Shown here piece by piece: positions 50,059 to 63,473 of a DNA stretch of 64,000 nucleotides. The position numbers were made by a program, and so were the translations under genes. Location: assembly GCA_951804945.1 (NCBI GenBank), contig OX638151.1, positions 63,984,001 to 64,048,000 on the forward strand, in the 5' to 3' direction. Positions within the stretch are counted from its first letter, which is position 1. Every line of letters starts with the position of its first letter. The notes under the pieces were generated by a model. The model was not told the origin of the DNA, did not search any database, and worked only from the letters and a program-made list of their open reading frames with translations. This stretch comes from Podarcis cretensis. Taxonomy: Eukaryota.

Positions 50059-50485
50059 CCATATTTTTCGCCCTATAGGATGCACTTTTTCCCCTCCAAA
50101 AATGAAGGGGAAATGTGTGTGCGTCTTATGGGGCGAAATCAGGCTTCAGGAAGCTATCCGCAAGCCTTGGGAGCCCGCGGGAGTTCCTGCTGGGCTCCCA
50201 AGGCTTGCGGACAGCAACCTGCAGCCTGAAATCCGGGGAGTGCAGCGGAGCGTGCCCCGGGCTTCGGGCAGATTTCCGCAAGCCTGGGGAGACCGGCGGG
50301 AGTTCCCGCCAGGCTCCCTAGGCTTGCGGATAGCAGGCTGCATCCCGAAGCCTGGGGCACGCTGAGTAGCGCGCCATGGGCTTCAGGCAGATATCCGCCT
50401 GGGGGGGAAATAATTTTTTTTCTTTATTTCTCCCCCCCAAAAAAACAACAACAACTAGGTGCGCCCTATATGGCGAAAAATACGG
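50059..50485. mobile_element. Tc2/pogo-like MITE, same family as 2955-3315, opposite orientation
   Basis: TA|CCATATTTTTCGCCCTATAGGATGCAC ... GGCGAAAAATACGG|TA; shared subterminal CCCCTCCAAAAATGAAGGGGAAAT. Confidence 0.9.
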
Positions 50486-53400
50486 TACATAAAATACGTA
50501 TTATTGTGCACAGTTTTTTGGACCAAAACTATTGCAAAATCCAGAGGAATGTATGGTTGCATTCTGAGCCAAAAGGACGATTGGAAAAATACGGAACAAA
50601 TTCCCCCGTCATCCTGATTGTGAAAATGGTATCTCAGTCACATCCTTTACCGTAGATGTTAATGACCAACCCATGTATTTTAAATGTGATTAACACATGC
50701 TTCTAACCACCAGAGGGCAATCTGATACTATAGCTTTGCAAAAAAAAAAATAGTTTTGCTTTTATATTGCCTGTCTTCCATAGACAGCACCTTTTCTTCC
50801 CAGAAGTAGAGTTTAACAACCAAATACCTTGGTTTTGTTTTTAGTCTGTTGATATTCATGCTATAAAGTTTCTAGGTCTTTGTGGATACTAAAAGAACTT
50901 GAGCGTAGAAGGCTAGTTTCTCAAAAGCTGCAGTTGCCTGGTGATAAACAGGATTCCTGCATATCCAGAGGTAAATTCCCCTCTCTGTGGGCTCATTACC
51001 ACATATTTCTCTACTATTGTGCTATGCTACTTGTTCTGTTAGCAGTCCCCCGCACCCTGATTTGTATGGCATCCCCATTCTGTTGGTGTCTTTAGAAGAT
51101 TACAGCTGCACCAACACTTGGAACTAGACCAGCTAGCTGACCAGCTATTTCTTAATGTAGTAGTATGTGGACTGTAATGACCGTAGTATTTCTTGTGTGA
51201 GTTCTTTGCTCAGTGTGCTTGCTGCTGTCTTCCCCTTCTCCCTGTGGTCTGTTAATATTTATCAGTGGAGTGAAACCTCTACAAGTGCTTAGTCCTCATG
51301 ATGCATGGTTGTTCTTTGTCTTCTGGTGCTTGTGCGTCTCCTGATACTGTATGGGAGCTCTAACTCTTGGCAGTTGTGTTTTGCAGTTCTCTCTTACATT
51401 TCATACGGTCTTCTTTCCAAAACCAAAAAATCAATGCATTGCATGGCATAGAGTTACCATTGCCTGGCACAGAATTAGTAATCACCTCTGTAGCCTGGAT
51501 TTCTTGGATCTCCTGGATCCTGAGATGCAAATGGGACTTGAGGTTCCTTTATCTGGAGCATATTCTAGGGCTTATTTTTTATAAAGCAGAAGTGCCATCT
51601 GGTGATACACTGCTAATCATAAGAATTTTGGTGCACTAACATACCTCCCATAATCCAGTAATCTGCCCTCAAGTCATTTTTAGTATCTTAAATAATACAT
51701 TTTATCTGATAAAACTTTTTGCTTCATCTAAGGAGTTTTGCATCTTTTAAAATACTGATGTTTCTTTCTACAGCATTTTACCATGCATTAAGCATTATTT
51801 CAAGTTAAATAAGTAGAAGGGGGAAACTCAGCTATAGAAAATATCATCATGCGAATAGAGACAGCACTTTGGTTGTGGTTTATTATTTTTAATTTGCTTA
51901 TCTTTCAATTGATAAATGAGCATTGGCTTATATTTCACACTAGGGTTAATATAGGTTGAATAAATTCTCTGTACTTGGTGTTGACTAACTTTTATATTTA
52001 TGGATATTTGATAAAAAACACTGCACAGAACTCTGACACTTGGAAAATTATGGAGTGCAGTATGTTCTCAACTGCTGGAAAAGCTCGAAAATGGGATCAA
52101 AATTTCTAGCATATTAACTCATAATGCAGATTGGCATAGGCAGCCCAAGTAACAAATGGCATGAAATTGAATGTTGGGCTATAGGAGTCATATTACCCTT
52201 TCCCACCCTCATCAGTTTTTGATTTGGTAATGGAGAATTTCTACTAGCAGTCAGAAATACATGGTTTGTTTCCTTGACTCACAAATATAAAAGTTATTAG
52301 GTACTTCTGTGACCAAGAAGGGCTTCAAGAGATCCTGATTGGGGGGGGGGAGAGAATCCTGATTAAAGAAAAGTGAGAAAATAGGGGATGTTTTGACATC
52401 TAAAAGTTGAAGTGCATTCTAAGAACTTCTTACTAATTGTATGACGTGCTCTAAGAGGGCCAAACCACACGGATTGCTGTGATAAGAAGTATTACCCACT
52501 CCTGAACCAATTCTGAACTGTAGGGGGATTTTCAGAAATAGTCTAGAGTGTTCAGCAGGCTTGTAGAATTCAGCCTGTATTTATAAACAGCATCTGAAAG
52601 TGGCAAAAATTCTTGTGAAGATGCAAGCACAAAGCAAATGCTTGACTAAATTGGCTAAAATGTGAGATATGCACATATGCAAACATCATCCTTCTGTATT
52701 TTTTTTTTTATTAACAGTTATCTTTTGACATGAATACTTACAGCAGTATGTTAAAGATACAGTTTAGTTCTTGGCATCACTGCATAGCAGTCACAATTTC
52801 ACACAAGGCCTTGTTCAGACCTAACACTAAACCACAGTTTGTCTGTTTAACTTAACTGTAGTTTGTACATCCAAACCCTCCCCAGCCACCTAACTATGGC
52901 TTATATACAACCAGGATATTAGAATATGAAATCATGGTTTGAAGCTGGTTCATGATTCTCTGCTTGCTTGAACTATGTTCGTCATTGCAGCCAAACTTGC
53001 TATCCTGGGTTAATCCCTTTTGTTCCAGCCTTGTATCCCAGCCACCCACATGGGTAAGAGTTGTTAGAAAATGCTCATGCAGCCAAGTGAATCTCACTGG
53101 CAGTTTTCCAGCTCTTTCCTTCGTTCCTCCTCTGCCTAGCATTAGGGTTCCCCACACCCATGCCATGACAAGCTCTTCCTTTCCAGCCTGCCAACCTAGC
53201 TCCACTTTGCAATGAGAAAATTTATGCCATTTTTTTACTAGCATGTATCCAAGAGCACATGTTGAAAGCATTCCTTTGTTCTTAGTATCTTACCCCAATT
53301 TTAAAGATAAATGCAGCTTCACAAAAATCCTATCTATAGCAAGTACATGAAGCTGATCTTTGTTCTTCCCCATTTATGTGCTTTTGGCAGTTCTGCTTCT

Positions 53401-55858
53401 GGGAAACACTCATGACCCTTCAGTACTTAGCTCTCTGAAGTCCCCCTTTGGTCAGTATCATGCTATCACCATGGACTCAGGCAGTCCAAGGATGATTGCT
53501 CACTCAATCATACTAGTACCAAGGTTTGAAGATTGTAAACAACGTGTGATAGCAATTATTGGGGAGAGTGGTTTTTTTTTATTTAAAAAAATTACATAAA
53601 CACTCTGTGTTACTTTGTATTCCCTTGGAAAGATGGTGTTGTTTATGTGCGTCAGCTGCATTAGCAATATCTCAGCTCTGCTGCTGCAGACTAGTAGTAG
53701 CTGTTGTTACAGAAGCAAAGGACAAGAAAGTGAGAGGGATTTTTGTTGACACATGAAGAAAAGTACAAAAGGGAACTCTAGAATATGAACTGCATTGAGG
53801 CGATACTTAGCCAGCTGTCCAAAGAAATGTCCTTGAAAGGGTTCAGTTATTGCATTCTTCAGTGCTGTGCAAAGATGAACACTCTTAAAAGCTTTTAAAA
53901 ATTCTCACTACTCACAATAAGCACTCTGGGGTAGAACCATGCACTATGCTGTTCTACTATAAACTAGCCGCACTCCTAGATACAGATGTCACCCTTGGCT
54001 ACTGGGCAGTCAGCAGCATTGGTGGCCAAGACAGGCTGCTCCATTGCTGGCTAGGCAGATCATCTCTTCTGCTTCTGGAATTTCTGGAGAGGCATCTTCG
54101 GTGGCAAAGCTTCAGTAAGTGCCATTATCATGGTAGCCATGTACAAACATCAAGAGGACAAAGAGGCTAATGGTGACTGTACCAGAAACAACTGCTATAT
54201 CAGCCTGAATGTGCTGTCAGGTGCCTCAGAGGAACTGTGCAATGGGACCAAGAGGGCTGATGAATTGCTGTGTATTTCCTACAGTCTTTTGAGGACTGGT
54301 TCACCACCTTCCTTAGGTTCCAAGATAGGAAAAGAAGAGGAGCAACCACCATCCAGAGCTCCAACTACAGGTAAGAAACTTGACATAATGCAGACCTTGG
54401 CCCCATAGATAGGTCTGTCAGAAGTCGGAGTCAGGAATTGATTTTTACAAAGTTGGGAGCAGACTTCAAATATGTTCAGGTATGAAACAGAGGTTGGTGG
54501 TTTGGGGTATGTTCATGTCTCTGGAAAGAGTCCATCTTACACTGCTTATGGTTGGGAAGTTTGGTGTTTCATTCCCAGCTATGAGGGTCTCTGGAGGCAG
54601 AAATTGGGCAAGAGTCTTTTGTGTTTACTGGTTGATTGGTAAAGCTGGGTGGGTAGTTCTTTCAGAGCTGGTGTCGGATGATTGAGTATCCACTGGAGTA
54701 GTATATGCATCCCTTCCATTATCATCAGTCATATTTTGGGGTGGCTAACAAATTTCAAAGAAATGGCCATGGAACTGCAGGGAGATGTCTTGCAGCAAGA
54801 AATTATTTTATTCAGGAGGGTTGAGAGGGAAGGATTTAGAGATGTGTAGGGCATTCTGAAGAACTGGGGAAGAGAGGGAAAGTTTGTGGCTTGTGTTTGG
54901 CATGAGGTGTAACAAGTATGTTCCTGCCCCATTTTTGTAGCTAGGTAGTAGTAAGAGAACCAGTAATGTGAAGGCCATGCCATTCCTTGGCCACTGCAGA
55001 GGCAGCAGAGTGGGCAACAAACCAGCATTACACAAAACAATCCATTGTATCAATTGTGAACAAAATGCATGGCTTGGTAAACAAACTGGTTTTAACGAAC
55101 TGTGGCTTGGTGTTATGCTCAAACACAATCTGTTGCTTCCTTTCAGCTTAATGCATATTCATACACAATCATAGTAGCTAAAGTTTGGTCCTACATTTGG
55201 TTTTGTTAGGACCATGTGATACTATTTGGCATAGCTTTATGTAAAAAGATGTGTTTTATACTCAAGTCTAACTTCTATTTGCATGTAAAATTTATGTACC
55301 TAAATATATATATGATTATTACCAATGTTATGCTCATCATCTGTTAGCAGGAGAGGAATGGAGCAAATTTTCAGTGATCCCCAAACTAAAAAATCTTTGG
55401 AGGATCCCCCAGCCCTTCAGAACAGATTTAGGGAGGCATAGGTAGGTAGCGGAAGGGCGGGGAATAATTGGAAATTGCCTAAATTTCTGTTTTGCTGACA
55501 TGCCTTCCATCAGTTCAGTGGAGAGACAGCAGTGGATGCCATCCGCTGTGCTGAAATATTTGCCACAATACAAAAGCAAGAGTTTCTTTTTTGCAGTATG
55601 GTTCCCTCAGAAATAAATGCTGTTGAGGGTGTCTTATGCCCATATCTAGTTAAAGAACTCAGACTGACCCGTGAATAGACTGCTTGGTACATGACCTATC
55701 AGAATAAAATTGTCCATGATAGCCATTCTTCCATTCAAAAATGAAAGAAGATAATGCCCAGAGAAATCTTGTTTTTCAGACTTGGGGAGAACATCAACAT
55801 ACTCTAGAATTTTTGTTTATTCGTCACTTCCAGGTAAATGTGCTTAGGAATTGCAGCC

Positions 55859-58800
55859 TTTATTTAAAGTGTGTTTCACTGAAATCAGTGAGACTTCTCA
55901 CAAGTATATGAATATAGTTTTGGAATATTTGAGTAAATTGCAGCTAGGGTTTTAAAGTGCACTGGTATCACAATGTGGCCCACTTGCCCACCTAAATTGA
56001 AAAAGAAAGGAATCTGATAAGAATTGTAGAAAAATGTCAAAGTGGAGTTAAATATTGAAACATTCAGTAATTTATCCTTTTCAGCAATCTGTTCATCCCT
56101 CCTTTATGGTTGACTTCAATCTTCAGAAAGACACAGAGATACCACGGTAGGTAATTAAGGTTAAAATAATAATCTATGGAATCCTAATTAGCTTTTTCTT
56201 ATCCTGATATGTGGAAGAAAATCTTGAACAATCTTTGCTATAGTTTTGACAAGTTAATTCTGCTATTACTATTTATATAAAGCTCCTTTCTTCACAGAGT
56301 GAAATGTGGCTTCAAAGTCCATTTTCACACTAATCTAAAGAGATCACACTAGTATTTTATTTTTTCAACCTAAGCTTTCCTTTCTGCCTTGGGACTTACT
56401 AAGGTTTACATTCCTTTGGCTTGGAGACTCTGTGGCTCTTGCTGTGTATTTCTTAGTTCTGGTTTTTGGCAAATCACCGATATTTCACTTCTTAATGCTT
56501 GCTTTTAGTATCTGTTTTTTAAACTAATGGAAGTAGCACTTCAAGACATTCATTCACACAACCAGGTTTCTCCTACAGTAGGTTGTAATTTATCATGTGC
56601 TGGTGGCACAGATAGAGCTCCCTTATTAAACGAACAGTGCACTCATCTGTGTCAGGGAAGCTGAGACAGAAAAAACTGATTACCGCTCTAGCTGTGTGAA
56701 TTGGCTATATGGAGTTGCTATAGGCCTCATTAAGGCAATGAAAGTGTGGGTGTTTCCTAAGCACAGATGTACCATATCTCGTCTAGAGAACTCTGAGTTT
56801 AATCAAAATGTAATGCTGTTGTGTAGCTGTATGTCATAGAGTTCTTGAGCACTGTTCTTCAGTCAATTTCTTGCAGTATGTTGCAACTAAAATGTGTGCC
56901 TGAAGCTCTGTTTGCTCAGTACACTTTCTTCCACGTTGTGGAAAAGGGAGAAAAGGCTTTATATTTCAATCTCTGAGCAGAAGTAAGCTCTTGATTTGAC
57001 TTGCAAACAAAATGTTCTTTTGCATTGTTGTGAGTTTGCTTTTCTGCTGTGTTCCAATTCAGGCATCACCTAAGATTTCATGGTAGTTGACTTGTTCCTT
57101 ATTTTGATGATGATTTTTTTGAAATCAAAGGATAGTTAAACTTTATGATGATTCACATTTCCATTGCAGGATGCATACGGAAGAATGGGCTGACGTGTAA
57201 TTGTATGTACTCACTTGCCTTTTGAAATTAATCTGTCATAGAAACTCCCTCATAATTGTATAACAGTTTGGTTATCATGGAAATTAAGGAGTACTTATGT
57301 AATAAGCAATTTTATGGCAAATCTGGAAGTAGATCACACCTAATAGTCACATAACTTATATATGACTAGTGTAAAAAAATAATGGATTGGATGATTTTCA
57401 AGATGATTTTTCTTTAAATTGTTAAACACATCACACTCTCAAACAAGTCTAGGAAATCTTGTATTTTTCTCTGAATTTCAGCAGCCCAAAATAAGATGTA
57501 ACTATCATCATGAAATGTGCTTGGTGAAGCACTAGTAGATAAGCAAAACCATTAATGGTTCTACTTGTATATAGGAGAAAGTGAGTCCAGAAAATCCCCC
57601 CCCCTATATATTCAGTAATCATTTACTGTACTCCCATATTTCTGCTAATTTTGGCATGCAAAACTGAGTTCATGAGATTCAAAATGAGCTGTTTGTGATT
57701 GTTGTAGGTAGAGTACTTCTCATTATATGATAAAAAGAATGAGCTTATGTCTGACAGGAAATATGACTTTCAACAAATTTTTGGTGGGGTGTGCCTCTCT
57801 ACTCCCAATGATTGTGGATACATCTCAGCATATTCAATTACTGCAAAATTTCAACAAGATCCATGACTACGATGAAGCCCTTGCTGATTTTCCCTAAGTG
57901 TTTATTCTCCAAGCTTCATTGGGTTGCAGTTTGCCACCATGTTCCTAAATAAGGTAAAATTTTGTGAAAAATATGGACAGATCATTTGAAAATACGAGGA
58001 GGGTAGGGACTGGCAACAACTGAACTGAGTGCAGCTTAACTAGAGCAGTGTGGCTTAACACTACGGAGCCGCAGGTGTATCAAGCATTCAAATAAATTGC
58101 CCTTCTAATCTAACCCTTGGGCTACTGAAAACAGGCCGGACTAAAATGAGATGACCTTTGATAGCCATCAGAAAGTAATGGATGCTAGAGGTTAAGGCCT
58201 TTATCTGCAAACAAAAGTGTATTAATAGTCTAACATCTTTACAAATGCTTCCAATACTAAAACTAAAAGTATTTTGTTCACAGTGCCATTGTTTATATAG
58301 GTAGCTTTCCCATAATACTTTGTTATTTCGGTATGGGATCAGTAGCGCCTTATATGTACAGGAGACACACATGTGCGAATATAAACAGGTCACAGATACA
58401 GTCATCAAAAGAGACATCTGGAAACATTTAAACTGTACAACTCTTCCCTTTTGGATTTGATAGGAAATACTGTTCTTGCAGTGAGAAGAATGCCAGTCTT
58501 TTACCTAAAGTGGCATAAAATGGTTAACAAAATGGGGCACCACCATGAAAATGCTTTGTGTACACAGAATAACCTTACATCAAGGTTCTTAGATTCCTTG
58601 TCCAGTGCACCAAATACAAAAATTAAAAAGGCTTTAATTGTTTAAAATGAGACGCTTTTCTCTTGCATGGCCAGATGTCCTTCTGACGGTGCTGGTGGTG
58701 GGTTTTAATGTGCAGCCCAGCTGCCAGACTGAAGACTGTACATTGCTCTAAGCCGTCATTCACAAACACACGTCACAGCATGACCCAAAGTGAATGCAAT

Positions 58801-59148
58801 AGATAACCAAGAATGCATTGGTCTTGCCTGTATCCTCTAATCCTCTTATTAGTTGGTACCTGCCTACTGCCCCAGCTTCAGCACTACTGAAAAGCTTCTC
58901 ATTCAAGCAGTTTGTGATCAGAAGTGATGAATGGCTTCAGATAGTAAGATGAGGAAGTGGGATTTGGCTGAACTTTAGGGCCAAACCCCGAAGTGGTGTA
59001 GGTTTAGTTGAGGAGGACATCTGTCGCTTTGGCTTTCCTCCCTGATTTCTTCGCTTCCTGCATTGTTGACCATGGCCCAACAGACCCCTTAGGGTTTTGT
59101 TCACTGTTGTGAAAGGTAGTAGCACTGCAGCAGAGTGCTAAGCCAGCA
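55859..59148 (-). other. PDE7B: PDE7B 3' UTR (distal end uncertain)
   Basis: TE-poor AT-rich stretch after the stop codon; minus-strand AATAAA at 57901-57906, 55859-55864 and 55816-55821. Confidence 0.5.
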
Positions 59149-59366
59149 CTATGGGGCTTCTCCTTCATTTAAAGTCTGTTCTTCATTTTCAGTCATTGGG
59201 ACTGTATGGTCAGTGCTCCTGCTGCTGCTGTATTGCTTATGAAGCAGACTTCTCCACTTGGTCTTGTTCCTCCTCAGATGGTTCAGCATGTTTTCAGATA
59301 AGGGTGTGTTCCCAGTAAAGTTGGCCCATTCTTCAAAGAGTGGCTCTACAATGTAGGTCATGAAGC
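59149..59366 (-). CDS. PDE7B: PDE7B last coding exon
   Basis: GFMTYIVEPLFEEWANFTGNTPLSENMLNHLRRNKTKWRSLL...EGEAP*; acceptor ttttccctcag|, phase 1. Confidence 0.95.
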
Positions 59367-61160
59367 CTGAGGGAAAACACGAGGCAGAGCATATCAGCAG
59401 CTAAGTCAGCTAGGCCTTCCTGCTAGTACAAAGCTTGAAATAAAACCTGTGGACCATGTTTTCTTCAGCAGTGATGGGGGGCGGGGCAGGGGGAAGATGG
59501 CAACATTGAAGCCTCATGTAGCTTCAGGCCTTCAATTTATTTAAATTTAATGTAAATTTATGTTAATTAAGCTGGCAACACCACCAGTTGCTTCTACGTC
59601 AACTCCTTTCTTCTGTTTTCAGCAATGGAAATTGTCTAATAAAAAAGGGCAATGGTATACCACTTGAACTGTGCGGACTTGCCCCATGCAGAAGCTTGAA
59701 TTAGTTGTCTAATCCAATTTTAAGTTTAAATTGAATTAAATTTGCATTTGTTTAATTCCTGCAGAGACGTTGACCTAGCTCATCTATTAGTGCCCCCTGT
59801 CCTAAGAGCTTATTTACTAGTTCAGGAAGTCTTAGGGCTACTTTGCACAATCCAGAAAAGGATATTACAATTGTATATTTTCATGGTGACCACTGTTATA
59901 ATGTGAACAGGAGCTGGAACTGAGAACTCCTGATAAACATCTGTTCAATGTCTGAAACAGTAATTAAAGTTGGGCCATAAATTGTTGCGAACACATTTCA
60001 TGTGATGCTGCTACTATTATAAAAATATCAGACATTTATCTTTTTGAATTTGATCTCTGGGTACATTCATATTTAATTACTCAAAGAAGACAGACACCAA
60101 AACAATTTAATCTGTCATTGATTTTAACCATAGCTGGTCCAACTTTTGAATACCGCAAAGCTCAGAGAAAAGTAGAAGCATTTCTTTGAGCAAAAGATTT
60201 AAAGGTTATAACTATCTTTTTTTATTTGGCAGGCACAGGACCAAAAGACAGAGGATTTATTTTTAACTGGAAAACAACCATTGAGTTATTCAACTAAGGA
60301 GCCTTGTCCTTCAATTCTGTCCTAGACTTAAGAGGACTTTGTAAATAGTCTATCCAGGTTTAGGGGAGAATGGAAGTTTTTTGTATCTTAGTGACTTGAA
60401 TCATTTGAAAGAGGTGAAGGTAAAGTAAATCCTCCAATTGCTTATTCAAAATGTGCAAAACTGGGGTGCATCCCACCTCTCAACTTCACAGGCGCATGTG
60501 CTTTGATGTGTACAAAGGGGGAAAGGGGAAGATGTGGAGGATTCCTGGAAAACCACAAATACAGGATTTCAGATATTGTTTCCTTGTTAAGTATTTAATT
60601 GAGGCTGTGTTGCAGAAGGTAAGCAACAAGGTTCATCTAGAGGTACTTCATGCAGCACCCTTTTTTACTGGGTTGGTGGTCATGAATTCTGTTTTTTTTT
60701 ATTATAGCTAGTAATGGAACCAATGTCTGTCCCATTACACATAGATTTTTCTCCTCAGAACACTGAAAGTGATTTGGAAACAGAAACACTGAGCATGGTG
60801 TCTACATTATATCTACTTTTCTGTCTGGTAAGGAGGCTTCAGGTGGTGGTGGGACTATTCTGTTTCTTCAAAATTTTGCAAAATGGGTTTTGACATAGCA
60901 ACAGGACATGGGGAAAGAGCTTTTACCACCACATGCAGCTTTCCATCTGCTGTCTGTTTCCAGCCTTAAAAATGTCTGAGGCTTCATTTTCATATTTCAT
61001 CTTTCACTCTCCTTCCCCAACCCTCGCATTTTACTTGTCTGACAAAGCATCAGATCATGCGAGTGAAAGATTCCATACGGCTGATCTGCCCTGTATGTAC
61101 TTTTTAGTTACAAAAAAGTAGATACTTTTTGTATATACTTTTTTGTTGCAGCTTAAATTG

Positions 61161-61665
61161 CAGTGGTACCTCGCAAGACGAATGCCTCGCAAGACGAAAG
61201 AGTTTTCCGTTTTTTGAGTCATTCCGCAAGACGAATTTCCCTATGGGCTTGATTCACAAGACGAAACGTCTTGCGAGTTCTTGCGAGTTTGTTTCCTTTT
61301 TCTTTACAGATAGGTAGCCGTGTTGGTCTGCCATAGTCAAAACAAAAAAAATTCCTTCCAGTAGCACCTTAAAGACCAACTAAGTTAGTTCTTGGTATGA
61401 GCTTTCGTGTGCATGCACATGAAAGCTCATACCAAGTGTATCTGAAGAAGTGTGCATGCACACAAAAGCTCATACCAAGAACTAACTTAGTTGGTCTTTA
61501 AGGTGCTACTGGAAGGAATTTTTTTCCCTTTTTCTTTAAGCTGCTAAGCCGCTAATAACTGCTAATAGCCGCTAAGCCGCTAATAGCCGTGCTTCGCAAG
61601 GCGAAAAAACCGCAAGACGAAGAGACTCGCGGAACGGATTAATTTCATCTTGCGAGGCACCACTG
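61161..61665. mobile_element. Tigger/pogo-like MITE interrupted by a Penelope insertion
   Basis: TIR CAGTGGTACCTCGCAAGA ... TCTTGCGAGGCACCACTG; internal GCAAGACGAA repeats; flanked by TG/TG. Confidence 0.88.
61307..61526. mobile_element. Penelope-like element foldback (inverted pLTR fragments)
   Basis: GGTAGCCGTGTTGGTCTG start; inverted repeat of about 74 bp (61345-61419 / 61451-61525) containing GCACCTTAAAGACCAAC; 12-bp duplication cctttttcttta at 61295-61306 and 61527-61538. Confidence 0.85.
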
Positions 61666-61786
61666 TGGTCTCCTGGATTGTTTGCAAAACTAATTTGACT
61701 TTGGGTAACTTTTACATAAATAATCTATTTGTACTTCACCATTTGGTTTATGTTCAGGCTAATGATGGAAGGCATTGCATACTCAC

Positions 61787-61867
61787 CAATTTGTATACTA
61801 GGTATTGTGTCTTTCTGCTGATTACAAAGAGGGCTTACTTCCAAGTCAAATTTCTTCTCCAGGTCAC
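61787..61867 (-). CDS. PDE7B: PDE7B penultimate coding exon
   Basis: GDLEKKFDLEVSPLCNQQKDTIPSIQI-G (contains the invariant PDE Gln); 81 nt, phase 1 to 1; donor |GTGAGT. Confidence 0.95.
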
Positions 61868-62429
61868 CTACCAGAAAGAAGGAACAACTTTTGAAGGCTT
61901 ATCTGGGTGGTTGCGGTTCTTTTGTGTCTGTGTGATATACAGGACACAGCTTAACAAGAGTTTAGAAACATCTATTAATATACTAACCACGTTTGAGGCT
62001 GTAAATGTGCGGGCAAACAAACAAAAAGCTTTGTCATTGTCTAGTACTCTTGCACTGCTGTCTAAAAGACACATTGTAAATAGCCTTTACAAAACCATGC
62101 GTCCTAACAGTGCTATCCTAAAAATGTCTACCAGAAGCCCTGCTGGATCAGAGCAAAGGCCCATTAGTCCAGTGATTATTCTTACAATATTTCTACAAAC
62201 CAGGTACCTATGGGAAGCCTGCAAGCAGGTAATGAGCACATCAGCACTCTCCCCATGTCTGCTGCTCCTCAGCAAATCTGTATGATACTGGAGGGTAGGA
62301 TGCAGCCATCATTGCTAGTAGCCACTGGTTGCCTTATTTTCCATAATTTTATCTCTAAACCTAGTGTTCATTATTATATTTTGTTGTTAATTCTACAGTT
62401 CAACTATGTGTTTGCAGGAGGAAGTATTT

Positions 62430-62745
62430 CTTTTTTCCCTGTCCTGAATCTCCCACCATTCAGCTTCATTTGATGAAAATGGTTTCTAGTATTTTTAGAA
62501 CTTCTCTCTATCCACGTTCTCCACATGATGCATAATTTTATAGATCTCTAGCATATCCCCCCTTCTCCACACTAAAAAGCTCCAAATATACCTTTCTTCA
62601 TAGGGAAGTTGCTCCATCCCCTTTATCATTTTGGTTGCCCCTTTCTGAACCTTTTTCAAGCCCTTTCCACCTTTATAAGATCCTTTTTGAGATGGTACAA
62701 TCAAAACTACACAACATACCAAGTACAATCACACCATAGGTATGT
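62430..62745 (-). mobile_element. CR1 LINE fragment (ORF2 C-terminus)
   Basis: ORF 62495-62728: LKKVQKGATKMIKGMEQLPYEER...RGDMLEIYKIM. Confidence 0.85.
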
Positions 62746-63473
62746 ATGACAGTCTGATATATGTAAGGTTTTTCTCTCTCTCTCTCTTCATTTCTTGCCT
62801 CTAATATCTTCCTTGATTCTGCTTGCTATCCTCTTGGCTTTTATGGGATACTCAGAAGGAAGTCCCATTGAGTTCCATGGGATGTACTCCCTGGTAAGTG
62901 TTAATTTCCCCTAGGAAATTTTACTTAATCCTGGTTTGTGTCATTCAGAGTTACTGCGCTGAAGATTCTTAGACTCTTGATTTTCATAGATTAATGATTT
63001 TAAAATTTAATTTAAAACAACAACAACACATTTAAGAGATTTTGTAATGACTTGTAACTTACCAAATTGTAATTTTGTATGACATGTTTGCAATGCCCTT
63101 TTGGAACAATTAGGACTATGTGAAGCTCAATGAATAAAAGATAACATGAAACTGTGTGATCTACTGGCATCTCCCTTGGTGTGCCTGACAAGTGCATTCT
63201 AATCATTAGCAACTCTAATGACATGCACAATGCTCAAGATGATACCTCACTTTGGAGGCAAGTAGAGATTTGTCCAGAACAGAAAAGTTTCTGAGTGAGT
63301 TGGGTTCATGTTGTCCTCAGATGTTATCATACCATATAATGTGACCAGGTACTAGTAGACAAAAGCTTGTCTGAAAACCCTTCTGCAGGTGGTTTGTCAC
63401 TTGTAAGGACTGCATTTTAAGAATGATACATGCTTGCAGGCAAACTCAGACATCGTTGCCCAATATCTGGTAG

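Noticed and set aside
61190-61620. Interspersed GCAAGACGAA repeats resembling a repeat-spacer (CRISPR-like) array
   Set aside because: Irregular spacing and orientation; these are subterminal repeats of a MITE in a vertebrate genome with no cas genes.
61650-62285. 211-aa plus-strand ORF
   Set aside because: Non-ATG start inside a MITE end, antisense to a PDE7B exon, and no recognisable domain.
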